Part shown: piece by piece, positions 12,066 through 24,999 of the stretch
How positions within the stretch are numbered: position 1 is the stretch's first letter
How the letters are laid out: every line of letters begins with the position of its first letter
Assembly: GCF_038025025.1 (NCBI RefSeq)
Contig: NW_027117338.1
Coordinates: forward strand, 2,108,001-2,172,000
Direction: 5' to 3'
DNA from: Phyllosticta citribraziliensis
Taxonomy: Eukaryota
Length of the DNA stretch: 64,000 nucleotides
The notes under the pieces: generated by a model
Told to the model about the DNA's origin: nothing
Databases searched by the model: none
The model's input: only the letters and a program-made list of their open reading frames with translations
Translations under genes and position numbers: made by a program

Positions 12066-13558
12066 TTAGTTGGACTCGGCGTAGTAGAAGTTCTCCTCGG
12101 GAACGCGGCCGCGCATGAATTGGGGCTCGGAACCGCGGACGTAAATGTCCTCGTAGAGGATTTTCGGGGTAGCCTCCGGCGGGGCCATCTTCTCAGCCTC
12201 GGCGACCTCGGCGTCGACGTCGGCGCGCGCCTTCTTGTCGATCGACTTGAGCTCGTCCTCGCTGGTGACGCCCCAGTCGAGCAGCCTCTGCTTGAGGCCG
12301 GCAATGGGGTCGTTCGTGCTACGCATGCGCTGAATCTCCTCGCGGGTCTAGTGCTTCGATTAGTACTTGAGCCAATTCGAGGTTGACAGAATACTTACGC
12401 GGTAGGTGGTACCGGGGTCAGACATGGAGTGACCACCGTATCTGTAGGTGACGAATTCGTAGACAAGAGGACCGTTGCCAGCAGCGCACCACTCCTTACC
12501 GTACTGGACGGCAGCCTTGACGGCGAGAACATCCATGCCGTTGATCTTAAGACCAGGGATGTACTGACCACGCTTGTAGTAGTCGGTCAAGGCGGAAGAA
12601 CGGGCAGCAGAAGTACCCATACCATACTTGTTGTCTGTGATGGAATTAGCCTTCGAGTCGACTTCCCCAGAAAGGTGACCGTACTCTCGCAGCCAAAGAT
12701 GACGGGAAGGTTCCACAGCTTGGCCATGTTGAAAGCCTCAAAGACTTGACCCTGGTTGCTGGCACCGTCACCGTACAGGGCGATGCTAATGTTCTTGGTG
12801 CCCAGGTACTTCTCAGCAAAGCCCAGACCAGCACCGACGGGAACCTGAGCGCCGACGATACCGTTACCGCCGTAGAAGCCAGGAGCAAACATGTGCATAG
12901 AGCCACCCTTGCCGTAGGCGATACCCTCCCTACGACCAAGGAGCTCGCCGATGATGCTCTTGACCGTACCTCCACGCATGTAAGCGTAACCGTGGCAGCG
13001 GTAGGCGGTGATGATCTTGTCGGCCTTGGTGACGGCGTGCTCCATGCCAGTGGCAACGGCCTCCTGACCAGTGGAAAGATGGCAGAAACCACGAATCTTC
13101 TTCTCCTTGTACAGACGGTCGGCGGCCATTTCCATGCGGCTGCGGGGAAGCCAACGTTAGCGAGGGCTTATCTCCCAATAACCAGCCCGGGCTGGCAATT
13201 GAATCAACGGAATCATCGTACCGAGTTGCAATCATGTCGTAGTACATCTGCTTGAGCTCCTTCTTGGAGGTGGTGAGGTCGTAGGAGGGAGGGTCGAGCT
13301 CGTAAGTCTCAAAGGACTCGTCCGATAGGCGGACGTCGAAGGGCTTGTCATCCTCCTGTTGTCGCGAGCGTCAGTCGTCAATTGCACGCCATCTCATCGG
13401 CCCAAAGGGCAATGGATCCAACTAACGGCGGGGACAGCGTCGCGGTCGACGTGCGACGAGGCGGCGTCGGTGGTGACGGAGCGGCGCGCAGCAACGGGAG
13501 CAGCGTAGACGCGGCGCAGCGGGGCCGCGGCCGAGGTCCTCAGGGCACGCGACAACAT
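12066..13558 (-). CDS. PDA1: Pyruvate dehydrogenase E1 alpha subunit, mitochondrial (multi-exon)
   Basis: [26 protein letters not shown] motif [19 protein letters not shown] and [17 protein letters not shown]. Arg/Ala-rich presequence MLSRALRTS. Confidence 0.97.
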
Positions 13559-14087
13559 GGCGGAGGACTGGTGGGAGGAGGGGAGAGGGTGGTAGTTGGT
13601 GGTGGAGAGGAAAGGTGGTGTGGGTGAGATGGAGCTCAGATAATTCTCTGTTGGGGTCTCCGGCGGGATCCAGTTGGGAAAAGCACAGCTCCCGCGGCGC
13701 TGAGCCCTTGATTGTCCGATCATTTCTCCGACACGGAGCGGCTTGTAGCGGCTTGTCGGGCTCTGGCATCTGGCATGCCATTCCCGTCTTCTCCTCAGAA
13801 CAATTCACGACTGTTTGCTTCTACTGCTACACATCGTCTTGGTGCTTTGCAAATGGCGGCGTTGTGACTGGCCAGCGATCGGCCCAACGGCCCAAGCACT
13901 CCCGCCTCATCAACTCAACTCAACTCGGCTTTAACCATCCCATCCTCGAAATCGATTGTTGGTATCTCAACTCTACTTTTCACGAACCCGCCCATCCAGC
14001 AATGCTAGTTATCCCAGTGACCCAGAGACGCCGCACCCAATTTGACCAGCCCAATGTCCGTTGTCAATCATGTACCGTGTCCCGTCT

Positions 14088-15628
14088 TTACTTGCGCCTC
14101 TTGGTCTCCATGACCTCGTCATCATCTTCCGACTCGTCATCCACAATTGCCTTGCGCTTCGACGGGATCGTCCTCGAGCTTCTGCCCTCGCCGTTGGCAG
14201 CCCTCTTCTCTGCAGTCTCAAGCAGCCTCTGATAGTCGTACTCGACACCACTCAGGACATGCTCGACCCTTTCCACCCTTTCGCTGGCGTCAACCTGCAT
14301 CAACTGATCGCGGTTGTGGTTGTAGAGCCTCTCCTTGACCAAGTGCCTCCAGAAATAGTAACGCCGATCGTTCGGGTCCGCTGCCTTGTGCTTACGCGTG
14401 ATGCGGGCAGGCTGACGGTTCATTGCAGGAATCTTGCTCATGGTGTGCATCTCGACCAGGCGGTGGAATTGGCGAGGCGAGATTTTGGACTCGCGTCGCA
14501 ACTTGAAGAGCACATCTTCGGGCAAGATGAGGTGCGAAGGTGTCGTGGCGTCGGGGCGCAAAGCGTCTTCGGGGACCGAGTCAGCTACGGTGAGGGATTC
14601 GAATTCAGGGTTGCGGCGAAGGCGCGCAAGGTCGCACCAGTCCCGAAGATCGTCAAACGCCTCGTTGGGGTCCTCGACCGTCACCTCGAAAACGTTTGAA
14701 TCGTTCAAGAAGCAAGACATCATGGCGTTGTAGAGGTGACTTCCATGCGCCTGGCCTTGGAATGGCGGGATGATGACGAATTGGGAAATGCGCTCGCGGG
14801 ACGGCGATTCTAGAGGGCTCAAATGCTTGGATGGATCGCCCTGCTTGCCATCTTGACCGAGGACTGACTGCGAGGGGACCCAGAGACGGTACGTGGTTGA
14901 GAAGCCGGCAAAGGTGTAGGGAGAAGTAGTGGAATCGTCCTCCAACGGGGTGACCTCATACCTGCCATGGTTAGTCGAGCAGATTCGAAGAGCGTCAGTC
15001 AGTGCCTTACAAGAGGAAAATCTTCCAGCGCTCCATGGTCCAGTCAAAGTCTTCGAGATTTTGCAGTGTGCCACCCTCGATGAACAGAGGAATCAGGACC
15101 TGCATGCGACGGAGAATCTCCCTGAGCGCGGGGTCGGCCAGAGATCCGTACCAGATCTCAAACTGCCTGTCGCCCTGCGAGTATTTGTGAAGAAGTTGGC
15201 CGGGAGGACGCCATTTGCTGTCTGCAGCCTCGTCGCCGTTCTTGGCAGCGTTCTCGGGGTGCAAGGCATCAGGATGCACGAACTCGTCGAGTATCGCCTC
15301 CAGGTCCATTGCCTTGGTCTCTCCAATGGGCACCCATTTCTTGTCGTACTTTATCTGCAGCGAGGGCTTGAGGTCGTGCGCGGCGAAGGTGAGGTTCAGT
15401 TCCAAGTCGCTGTAGCCGAAGATGGTCTCATCTTCGCCGAATATGGGGTACGTAAAGGCCGGGTTGAAGGGTTCGTCGAAGACGGGCGTTCCGTCGCGGC
15501 GCACGAGGTTGATCTGGAGAGCCTCGTTCGAGTTTGCGACGACTGGGCGGCGTTCAGCATTCGGCGTGCAATGCGGTGAACTTCTACTTACACTCCTGGA
15601 TGGCTTCAATCTCCACGCGGTCCGCCAT
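14088..15628 (-). CDS. HAT1: Histone acetyltransferase type B catalytic subunit (3 exons)
   Basis: FNPAFTYPIFGEDETIFGY, LIPLFIEGGT, RISQFVIIPPFQGQAHGSHLY (acetyl-CoA motif A), EVTVEDPNEAFDDLRD. Confidence 0.94.
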
Positions 15629-16166
15629 CTTGCAACACGTCGTCAGAACCAAGCGGTGGTTTTGGGCGTAGTTGTGTTGGTTGGTGGTGCGGCGGAAGCT
15701 CTTCCATTAGCTCCCGCGCGCAGACGCGTCGGGCGAGGCGCTAGCGCGCGGGCGGGCGACCGTGCGCAAATGTATCAGCCCTGCAGCCAAAAGTTGTGGC
15801 CACTGCCACCCCTACATCGAGCTCAGTAGACCTCACCTAGCACTAGAGGAGGCCTTGAGTGCATCCTGAGCGGGAGGATGCAGACGTCCAAGGCCAATGC
15901 TTCTGATGGACCACAAAACACTCCACATCCAGAGCTCCAGCTGTGATATATTGGAGACCCACATCTACATGCCGCAGGGCCACCATTAGCTGCCTCAACT
16001 GCCTGACCAACACCCTTCCTCACTACCTATCGCCAGACTCCCACCCGCCGCCCTCGCGTCCCGTTATCTCTCGTCCAGCCTTCCGCATGTCGTCGCCCGT
16101 TCGAGGTCGCTCCCGCTGAATTCTCCCTCAACCTCCAAGGGCGCAAGTCGCTCAACAACTGCCGCC

Positions 16167-17526
16167 ATGTGGAACGGCCTCTTCATGCTGCTCGGCCTAA
16201 GCATGATCATGGCCATCTCGTGCGTCAATCGGAGCGATGTGTCCCGCACTGGCTGATGTCTTGCTAGATCCTTTTTGGCTGGCTCTCTACCGCTCTCCTT
16301 CACCTTGTCGCAGCGCAATCTTCGCTTCATCTCGGCGTTCGGCAGCGGCGTGCTCATCGGCACAGCTCTGATTGTCATCATCCCCGAAGGCATCGAGACA
16401 TTGTATACTGCGCACTCTGATACCCACTCGCTCTCGACTCGACATATCCAATGGCACGGCGCAGGAGTTCCGCGGGCCATTGATACCCACTTGGATAACT
16501 TGAAAGGCGCAAAAAAGCTGGAGAGAAGGGAGGGTTGGATCCATGTGGATCGCAGCACAGAGAACCTCGCCGATATGACCCGACGCAACGCAGAGGCAGC
16601 TAGTCAGGACGAACAAGAGAAGGAGTCACCATCGCAAGAAGAGCATCACGAAGAGTCTCATGGTCACGAACCTCATGCGTGGGTGGGGATATCGCTAGTC
16701 CTTGGCTTCATCCTCATGTACCTCATCGACGCACTGCCCTCAGTCTTCGCCTCGACGCCTTCTCGTCCGCTGCACATCTCGCTGTCCAATCTCTCCAGCG
16801 GCCTCCATCACTCGCCCTCGCACTCGCCAGCGCTCTACCCCGCTGACGCGCCGCCAACGCCTTCCTCCAACCCTCCAGCTACAACCATTGGCCTCGTCAT
16901 CCACGCGGCCGCCGACGGCATTGCGCTCGGCGCCTCGTCCAGCACGTCGAGCGCAAAGCTCGGCATCATCGTCTTCATCGCCATCATGGTGCACAAGGCG
17001 CCGGCGGCCTTTGGCCTGACGTCGGTGCTGCTGAAGCAGGGCCTCAGCAAGCGGACGGCCCGCGGTCACTTGCTCGTCTTCAGCCTCGCCGCTCCCGTCG
17101 GCGCCCTCGCTACCTGGATCGCCGTCAACATGCTTGGCCGCGAGACGCTGGGTGGCGAGGAGGGCATGCAGTTCGCGACGGGTTGCGTGCTACTGTTTTC
17201 TGGCGGAACTTTCCTGTAAGCTGAGCCTTTCTCCCGTTTCACGCAACCAACCAACTGTACAACCACTGTTACTAACACCCGCTGCTTTGCCTCACAGCTA
17301 CGTCGCCATGCACAGCATGCAAGAAGCCGCCGGCAGCCCCGGCGCCCACGGAGCGCACTCGCCACACCGCTCGCCCCTGTCTAATGGATACGGCGGCGGC
17401 AACGGAGGGCTCCTCGACAGCGGCGACGCCAGACCGGCAGGCGGCATCAGCGGGTCCGACGTCGCCGTGCAAGCAATAGGCATGCTTGTGCCGCTGTTGG
17501 CGCAGATTGGGCACGGGGGTCACTGA
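16167..17526 (+). CDS. ZIP-family metal transporter, Atx2/ZIP9-like (3 exons)
   Basis: GVLIGTALIVIIPEG, TTIGLVIHAAADGIALG, AIMVHKAPAAFGL, LFSGGTFL|YVAMH, with His-rich loops. Confidence 0.9.
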
Positions 17527-18333
17527 CGGAGATTTCTGTCTCTAGAACACGATCTCTTCATACAGAAGGCGATCGAAGGTGCTGCTGTTGGTGGGTACGG
17601 TACGCTACGGCTGTAGAAATAGAAAAACCACCACGCTGCTTCATCTACGAGTTACGTATGCATGAGACGAGGCGGGACGGCCCGGGACGGGGCCATGCAT
17701 GTCATTGACAGCGAGCATTTCACGTTTGGTCGTCGGGCGTTTCTAAAGGGCTGGCGACATCTTTTTGCCCTGTCTGTACCGGGACAATTCAAAAGACTCC
17801 GTTGTGAATGCGGATTCTGGGAAAAGACTTTTGCTCCCGTTGCTATAATCATTAATTAGACCACGAGCGTCGGGTCGGCGGGTCTGGAGGCGGTGCAAGC
17901 GATCTTGAGACTGGTTGGGACGCACGCGGAGTTCGTAAGATCAGATTCATTAAATGCCGTGTTTCGTGAGAGGGCGTCAGTCTATGTATCAAGCGGAATA
18001 GAGCGGAGGGGAGGGAAGTTGTTGAAGAGTCTCTCCGGGTGGTTTTCAAGCAGGTGTAAGGGACAAAATCTTGGGAGAGGACGCAAGCATCGAAATATAC
18101 AAGGCGCGGGCAGGCGGATACGTATGTATGTCGAAGGTGAGCGAGGCGAAATGGCAGACAACAACGCGGAAAGGGGGGCGGCGAAATGGCATGACGCAAA
18201 AACAAGCAAAACAATCGTCTCAACGTCGCGGCATGACACATATCAACATCATAAAACATCATGAAGCAATGCAATAAGAATCCAAAAGATCTGAACAACT
18301 CCAGCCGTTCTTTACCTGACCCAAAACCCCGTT

Positions 18334-19985
18334 TTAAGCCGTCAATGCGCTGCTGATGCCCAAGATGCCCATGCCGACAAACGCAAACACCATGCACAGG
18401 TTACGGCTGTGCGTCAGGTCCATGGCCTCCTGGAAAAGAGTGAGTGCAACACTAGCCATGATGCCCGCCGTGACGGCAAACATGCCGCCATAAACGGCCT
18501 CGCCAGGCTCGCCAATGCCTGCGTGGCCGGCAATTTTGAACCAAAGGGCGGCGACGCCGGCACCGACGGGCTGGCTGGCGCCGCCCAGCAGCGTCGAGAT
18601 GACCATGGCTTTCCATCGCGAGTTCATGGCCAGGTACAGCGGCAGGGCCAACGCAAAACCCTCGGTGATGTTGTGGATGAAGAGCGCCAGGAACACGGAA
18701 AAGCCCAGTTGCGGGTTCGCGTGGTTAGTCGCGTACGTGATGAAGCCTTCTGGGAGCTTGTGGAGAGCGATGGCGATGGAGGTTTGGAGGCCGATGGAGA
18801 GAAAAGCGTTGGTGGGGACGTGGTGGTGGTGGTGGGCCATGGCGTCTGGGTCGTCGTCCGTGTGAGCATGGTGGTCGTGGTCTTGGTGAGCATGTGGCTG
18901 TGGCGACCTCGAGCGGCTGTCGCGGCTGCTATTTGTGTTGTAGTAAGAGGGATTGCTCGAAAGTGTGCTGTAGTCTATAGTGTGCGGTTCCGAGTGCACC
19001 TGTGTCAGGGGTGTCGTCTCGTCTGTTGGCTGTCGACGCATCGAGTTGTGGAATGATGCCGTCGCCTGGCGAAGTAGCGTGCCTGATCTCGACAAGGTTC
19101 CATAGGCCGATCTTGTACCCCCTCTTGCTTGCACAATCTTGAAGCAATCAACGCCGCATGGGTCGGTGTAGCCATGGCAGGGTCCGCCCTCGTCACACTT
19201 CTTCAGCAGGTACTGAGACGCCTTGTGGGCGAGTTGCATAGGGAGTGATGGTCTTCGAGAAAGTTTGGATGATTTTGGTGGCCGGAGAGAGTCCTGGCTG
19301 GTAAACATTTCACTGTGCATCGAGGCATCCAGACTGACAGGGCCACTGTTGGGGATAGATACGTCGTGAGGTCGTGAATGAGCGTCTTCATGCTCTTCGT
19401 GATGATGGGGCTTATCGTCATCGGCGTCTTCTTTCGGGGCTTCTTCGTCGTGGCTGTGGTCGCAGTCGACGACGTGGGATGGGATGAACTGATGCATGAT
19501 GCGCGAGAGAATCTGGATGCCTATCACACCTCCGAGAAAACAGGCGATGAGAATCCACGCCGCAGATTTCGGTGAGTGACCGCCTTTTTGCAGCGAACTC
19601 TTCGCAGAAGGCAGCATGCTAGATAGCGATGAGAAGAGCTATCACGATTGTGAGTTGTGATGTCATTGGAAAATTCGGATGGCGGGGTGTTTCTCACCAT
19701 GACACCGAAGCTCAGACTTAGGGAGCAGGACAAAAAGGCATTGCTGTCCTGGATCTTGAAGTTTCTTTTGCCGGGTAACAGGCGAATAACGATGTCGACG
19801 CATATTATCGAAGCTGTACGACTCAGTACCGCGCGGCAGAATGTTGGACGCGGGAGACTAACCTCCAAGTGTGCATGCTATTAATGGCAGACGTTAGACA
19901 GGGACGTGGAGCAGACGCGGGAAGCCGTACCGACACCGCTCATGGCGGTCATGATCCACCCCCTAGTATCATTGTCCAACACCAT
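18334..19985 (-). CDS. ZIP-family zinc transporter, Zrt3/ZrfF-like (vacuolar efflux type); includes a 15-nt micro-exon at 19863-19877
   Basis: HHHHHVPTNAFLSIGLQTSIAIALHKLPEGFITY, ALFIHNITEGFALALP, SLSLSFGVM. The 5' exons were reconstructed with GT-AG sites. Confidence 0.9.
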
Positions 19986-20180
19986 GGTTGCACCCCTGCG
20001 AGCCAACGAGAGGCCCTGGAGCGTCGGTTGTACGGGCGAGGACGGTGGAGCGAGAGTGTGGGGACGGCGGCAGCGAGGTGCGAGAGGCGGGTGGAGCGGA
20101 GAGAGGAGAGGGAGAATGGAAGGTGAGAGAGAGAGCGGACTGGTCGGCGGTGGGCTGGTCGGTCGAGTGGGCGAGGTTTT

Positions 20181-20195
20181 GAGCACCTTGTTGGC
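20181..20195 (-). promoter_or_regulatory. Candidate ZafA/Zap1-type zinc-response element (GCCAACAAGGTGCTC)
   Basis: CAAGGT core with a pyrimidine-rich 3' flank, about 200 bp upstream of the Zrt3-like ATG. Confidence 0.4.
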
Positions 20196-21454
20196 AGCCG
20201 AGCGCGAGAAGAGCCTGAGCCTTGTCGCCGCCGTCAAGTCCCTCCGGTCGTCAGACCTGTGGCGTCTCGTCAATGCGCCCCTCGTCATTGGCCCGCCGCC
20301 CGGTCTGGTCTCCGATCCGGCTCGACCGCCCAACCAGGAACCAGCCCATCCCACAACACCAACCAACGGCCTCAACCGCCAATCCCCACCGCTGCCACAC
20401 TCCCGTCGCCCGTCGCCCGTCGCCCGTCGCCTTGCTGAGCCCAGCTGCCGTGCAGCTCGCAGCTTGCAGCATGCACTCTGCAGCCCGCAGCCCGCAGCCC
20501 GCAACCCGCCCGTCCCTGCACCTCCCAGAAGCATCGATGCCCAGCTCCGCCGCGCCATGCTTGGACGTGGTCCCCGTTCTCATTTCCACTCTCTTCCCGT
20601 CGAGACGACGGCTCGTCATAAGGGTCTGCGCTACTCTTCCTTCCCGCCAAGCGTTGTGATGGACTGCCGTCAACTCGCCCAATGGCATGCTCGTCTTGGT
20701 CCACGTTGTGAGCTGTTTTCAAGTTGCTGTGCCTTTGTATGCGACCGGCTTCCTCGACGAGATTGAGCGCAGGACACGTGTGCTGTCGGCGACGTCAAAA
20801 CAAACAAACAAACATGGGCTGACGGGCAGCTGTCATGATTAACATGTGCCCAGGACCCTGTAGGAATGTTTGCGTGCGTTTATTTCAACATCGAGCTCCA
20901 TCGAGGCAGACGGCTGTGAGCTTCGGACAATGGAACTTGGACTACGGATGCTCTTTGCGCTCTTCAACTTGGACCTGGTCTGCTTTGCCTCTTGTTGTTG
21001 GCAGTTTTCTTGAAACGCGCCAATATTTGGTTGGCAATCATGTGTCTTGTTCTCCATCGTTGGTTGTCTCGAACGCTCAAACGAAATCGTCTTTGTCACG
21101 CTCAGCGACATTGGAACCTCTTGTGTGGTCTTGGGGTGGCGCGGGGTACCTCGAAACCACGCCGGACTTACACAACGAGCGTCTTTGCTTGATGCAAAAA
21201 ATAAAAGTTTTCAACCAGGAGCTGATGAGCTTCGAATTCATGCGCGTTGTAAATGGCACCCTCCAGTCATGTGCTTCGTCGCCATCTGGCTTCCCGCAGT
21301 CGGAATCGCGGTCGTGTGAGACTCTGGTGTTGCTGACAAACTAGGCCGATAGCCGGCGAATGGCGTCAGAGGCAGCTAGCTCGGTCACTTTTTGTTCTCG
21401 CTCAACGCCCGCAGACCATCATGAGATAGCCTGCTCTTTCACCCCTCTTTGAAC

Positions 21455-23098
21455 ATGGCCTCTCTGCGGAAGGTTTCTGCTGCCCCTCGGCAAGCAAGGC
21501 AGCTTCTGCGTTTCATCCGATCGCACCCCATTGAAACTCAAACGTCCCGGTCTGCTTACCCATGGCAAAGTTCGCGTCGCATCCACATTCAAGGACCACG
21601 AAAGATTCAGCCCGTCGCCAAGGACAAGCCAGACCCTGAAATCGAATCGACCAATCCTGCCCTAAGCTTCCCGTGCTTAGACGCCGTCGAGAGTAGATCT
21701 GCAAGTCTGCAGAAACGGTCACTGCAAGGTCCCGAGCCAACGTACACGTCCGGACACCACGAAACATTTGTCTGCAATGAGCCTATCCTGTTGGACTGGG
21801 GTGGGATTCTTTCAGAATTCAATGTTGCGTACGAGACTTGGGGCAAGCTTAATGCCGACAGAAGCAATGCCATCCTGCTACACACTGGTCTGTCCGCCTC
21901 GAGCCACGCCCACAGCACCGAAGCGAACCCCAAGCCCGGTTGGTGGGAGAAGTTCATTGGCCCCGGGAAAGCAATCGACACGGACAAGTACTTCGTCATT
22001 TGTACAAATGTCATTGGAGGATGCTACGGCTCGACAGGGCCGTCGTCCAACGACCCTGCAAACGGCGAGCGCTATGGGACGAGGTTTCCGATCTTGACCA
22101 TGGAGGACATGGAGCGGGCTCAGTTCAAGCTGCTGGACCACCTTGGTATCGCAAAACTCTATGCAAGCGTGGGATCGAGCATGGGCGGTATGCTGAGCTT
22201 GGCTGCTGGTGTGCTATTCCCCGAACGCGTGGGCAGAGTCATAAGCATCAGCGGTTGTGCGCGAAGCCACCCCTACAGCATTGCCATGCGCCACACTCAA
22301 AGACAAGGTATATAATTGGCAATTCCAAACGGGCCATGACTGACATGACCAGTGCTCATGACGGACCCAAACTGGAACCGCGGATTCTACTATGATGGAA
22401 TACCACCACACAATGGCATGAAACTTGCCCGTCAAATTGCAACAGTAACTTACCGCAGTGGGCCGGAATGGGAGCAACGCTTTGGGAGAAGAAGGGCAGA
22501 CCCCTCCAAGCCTCCTGCGCTCTGTCCCGACTTCTTGATCGAAACATACCTGGACCACGCCGGAGAAAAGTGGTGTCTTGAATACGACGCCAACAGCATG
22601 CTCTACGTGTCAAAGGCCATGGATCTTTTCGACCTGGGTCTTGAACACCGCCTTCGCATCAACAACCTCAGAGCCGAAAACCAAGGCAAGCTAGCGGCCT
22701 TTGCCGCTGGTAACAGTGCTCAGGCCACGGCGACAGCCGACACATGCAATTTGACCCTGCCCGAGGAACCCTATGAGGAACAGGAGCAATCCAATGGCAA
22801 CCAGCCTACAACCGCAGCCCAGGCATCACCCCATTCACTAAACCCACAGGAACCGCCCGCAGACCTGGTCGCAGGCATGAGGCCAATGGCAAACATCCCT
22901 ACGCTGGTGCTAGGTGTTGCAAGCGATATTCTATTCCCGGCGTGGCAACAAAGAGAGATTGCGGAGACACTGCGGCGCGCTGGAAACAGTAACGTCACGC
23001 ACATTGAGCTCGGAGAGGAAAAGAGCTTGTTCGGACACGACACATTCCTTCTCGATCTGGAACACGTTGGAGGAGCGGTGAAAAGTTTTTTGGGCTGA
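21455..23098 (+). CDS. cysA: MetX-family alpha/beta-hydrolase acyltransferase, serine O-succinyl/acetyltransferase type (Cys2/CysA), with mitochondrial presequence; intron 22308-22352
   Basis: HTGLSASSH (the serine-acylating subgroup pattern rather than HALTG), [11 protein letters not shown], nucleophile [14 protein letters not shown]. Confidence 0.85.
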
Positions 23099-24999
23099 TG
23101 AGTGGCTAAGTCTTTATTGTTTTGTACGAAATCCAGCGAACTTGCACGGACTGGAGTTGCGGGGTGTTAGTGGATTTTGGAATGATCCGGAGCTCACCGA
23201 GTGGGCCCATGCCTCTGAGACGTATACTCGAAAATAATAGGTCTGGCGTCTCCCTGCTCTCATCTACTGACTTTCCTGTGCATTTATTAATATTGCACGG
23301 GGCCCCGACTTCTACGGCCATCTTGCTCAGCTTTGTTTCCACCTGGACCTCGCTCACAGCTACCACTGTCGATGCCGACCTTTACCTCCTCGTTCGGAAT
23401 CAAGGTATTCCGTGGCCATTCTTCCCGTGGACACTGCCTCCTGAGACAAGAATGATCGCTGGGCTTCGCATGAGGGCAAGCTGCTGCTGCGAATTGGCCG
23501 CCATCGAGGCAGATTGAGAAAATTTTCGTCCATTGTTTCACGAGCACAAGATGAATCCAGGGAGCATCGCACATCATGATCCGGGGAATGTGATGTCTGG
23601 ACCTGTCACATTTCCATGGCACTGGGCCCTTTCCATTCCTGCGACACATCAGTCGCAAGCCCTAGAACGCAGGACGCTCAGTTGACTTGACCACACCTTT
23701 ACCTGGTTTCCTTCGGCCTAATTCTGGACCCAAACTGGTGACTAAAGCTATCTCTGGTCTTCTGTCCATTTTCGAGATGGAGCTGCTGCTGAACCAGGGA
23801 TTGGCGGTGCGCAAGCTATTTGGTAGGTATTCTTTCCTCTTGTATGACCAGGGCCGTACTACCAACAGCTCCCTAGATTTTGTAACGACGACTTATGCCT
23901 CACTTGTTGCCCTGTTCCTTGACCTTATCAGGCACTGGGCCGTGGATGGTTAGCATCGGTCGATCAGATATGCATGCGCAACCTACTTCCATCAAGTCCT
24001 ACGCCATCCTTCAACACCGCCACCCTATCGACTAGTGTCCATTTCTCAATCCCATCTGGACTCTTGTCGCCAAGCAAAGGGGATGCTCATCGATAATGAG
24101 GGGTGTGAAAAAATAAAAAAGGGGACCAAACCGGACGAATCACAGCTTCAGAAATATCCCAGCGCAGTTTTAGATTCCCCATCGACAGTCAAGACTTGGG
24201 CTTTGCGGCGCTCACGCACATACGAGGCAAAAAAATCCCGATCCAGTACGAATTTCGACAACCACTTCGTCGACCCAAATGCACTAATCAAAGCGTCATC
24301 GGAGTCACTTTGCAGAGCCTGTCTCGCACAAGCATCCGCACTATGACCCAAGTCACAAGTAGCCGACAATCTTTCACCTATCCAGAGACACTTTGTCCAT
24401 GACAGACCGGTCACGGACTTTCGGGAGACTCTACAGCCGCGCTTGAAGAAAGGGATTGACAACATCTGGCTCTCTGAGTAGGAGGCGGCGGCCCTTTTCC
24501 ATCGAGCTCTAGCGCCAGCATCCAACTCCTGGCCAGCACAGATGCAACCTTAACCACCCATCAGGGAATGGCTGCTTGACATCCGTGACGACAAGCAGAT
24601 CTCATCGCCTCCCGGGTAGGCGCGCCGGCCAATGGCGAGCTTAGCCGCCGCTTCCTTCCTTGACGGAGAATGAGGCATAGAAGTTGGACGCGAGCAAGGA
24701 ATTCATTGGGAGATTGGATAGGTTGTTTCAAGGCAACACACACCGGATCACGATAGGCGTCACTCAAAATGTGTGTGCCCATTCGTCACTACCAGAAGTG
24801 CGGTGTGGCATCAAAAGCCGGAGCCAAGAGTTCTCAAAATCATTTGAAAGCAGACGTCTTGCCCGCTGACGCTCTCGCAGGTTTGAGATACCTGAATCCT
24901 CTCTTCGAAAAGAAAGGCAAACCTCCAGACAATACTTCTCCTCCCTGAAAGACTCTACACTACTACCGTTCGCCGCGCAGATTGCTGGCACACTTCAAG

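Noticed and set aside
19881..20766. Overlapping 200-290 aa ORFs upstream of the Zrt3-like gene, and similar ORFs at 44936-46163
   Set aside because: GC-rich promoter/UTR sequence with simple repeats; the translations are low-complexity with no splice or motif support.
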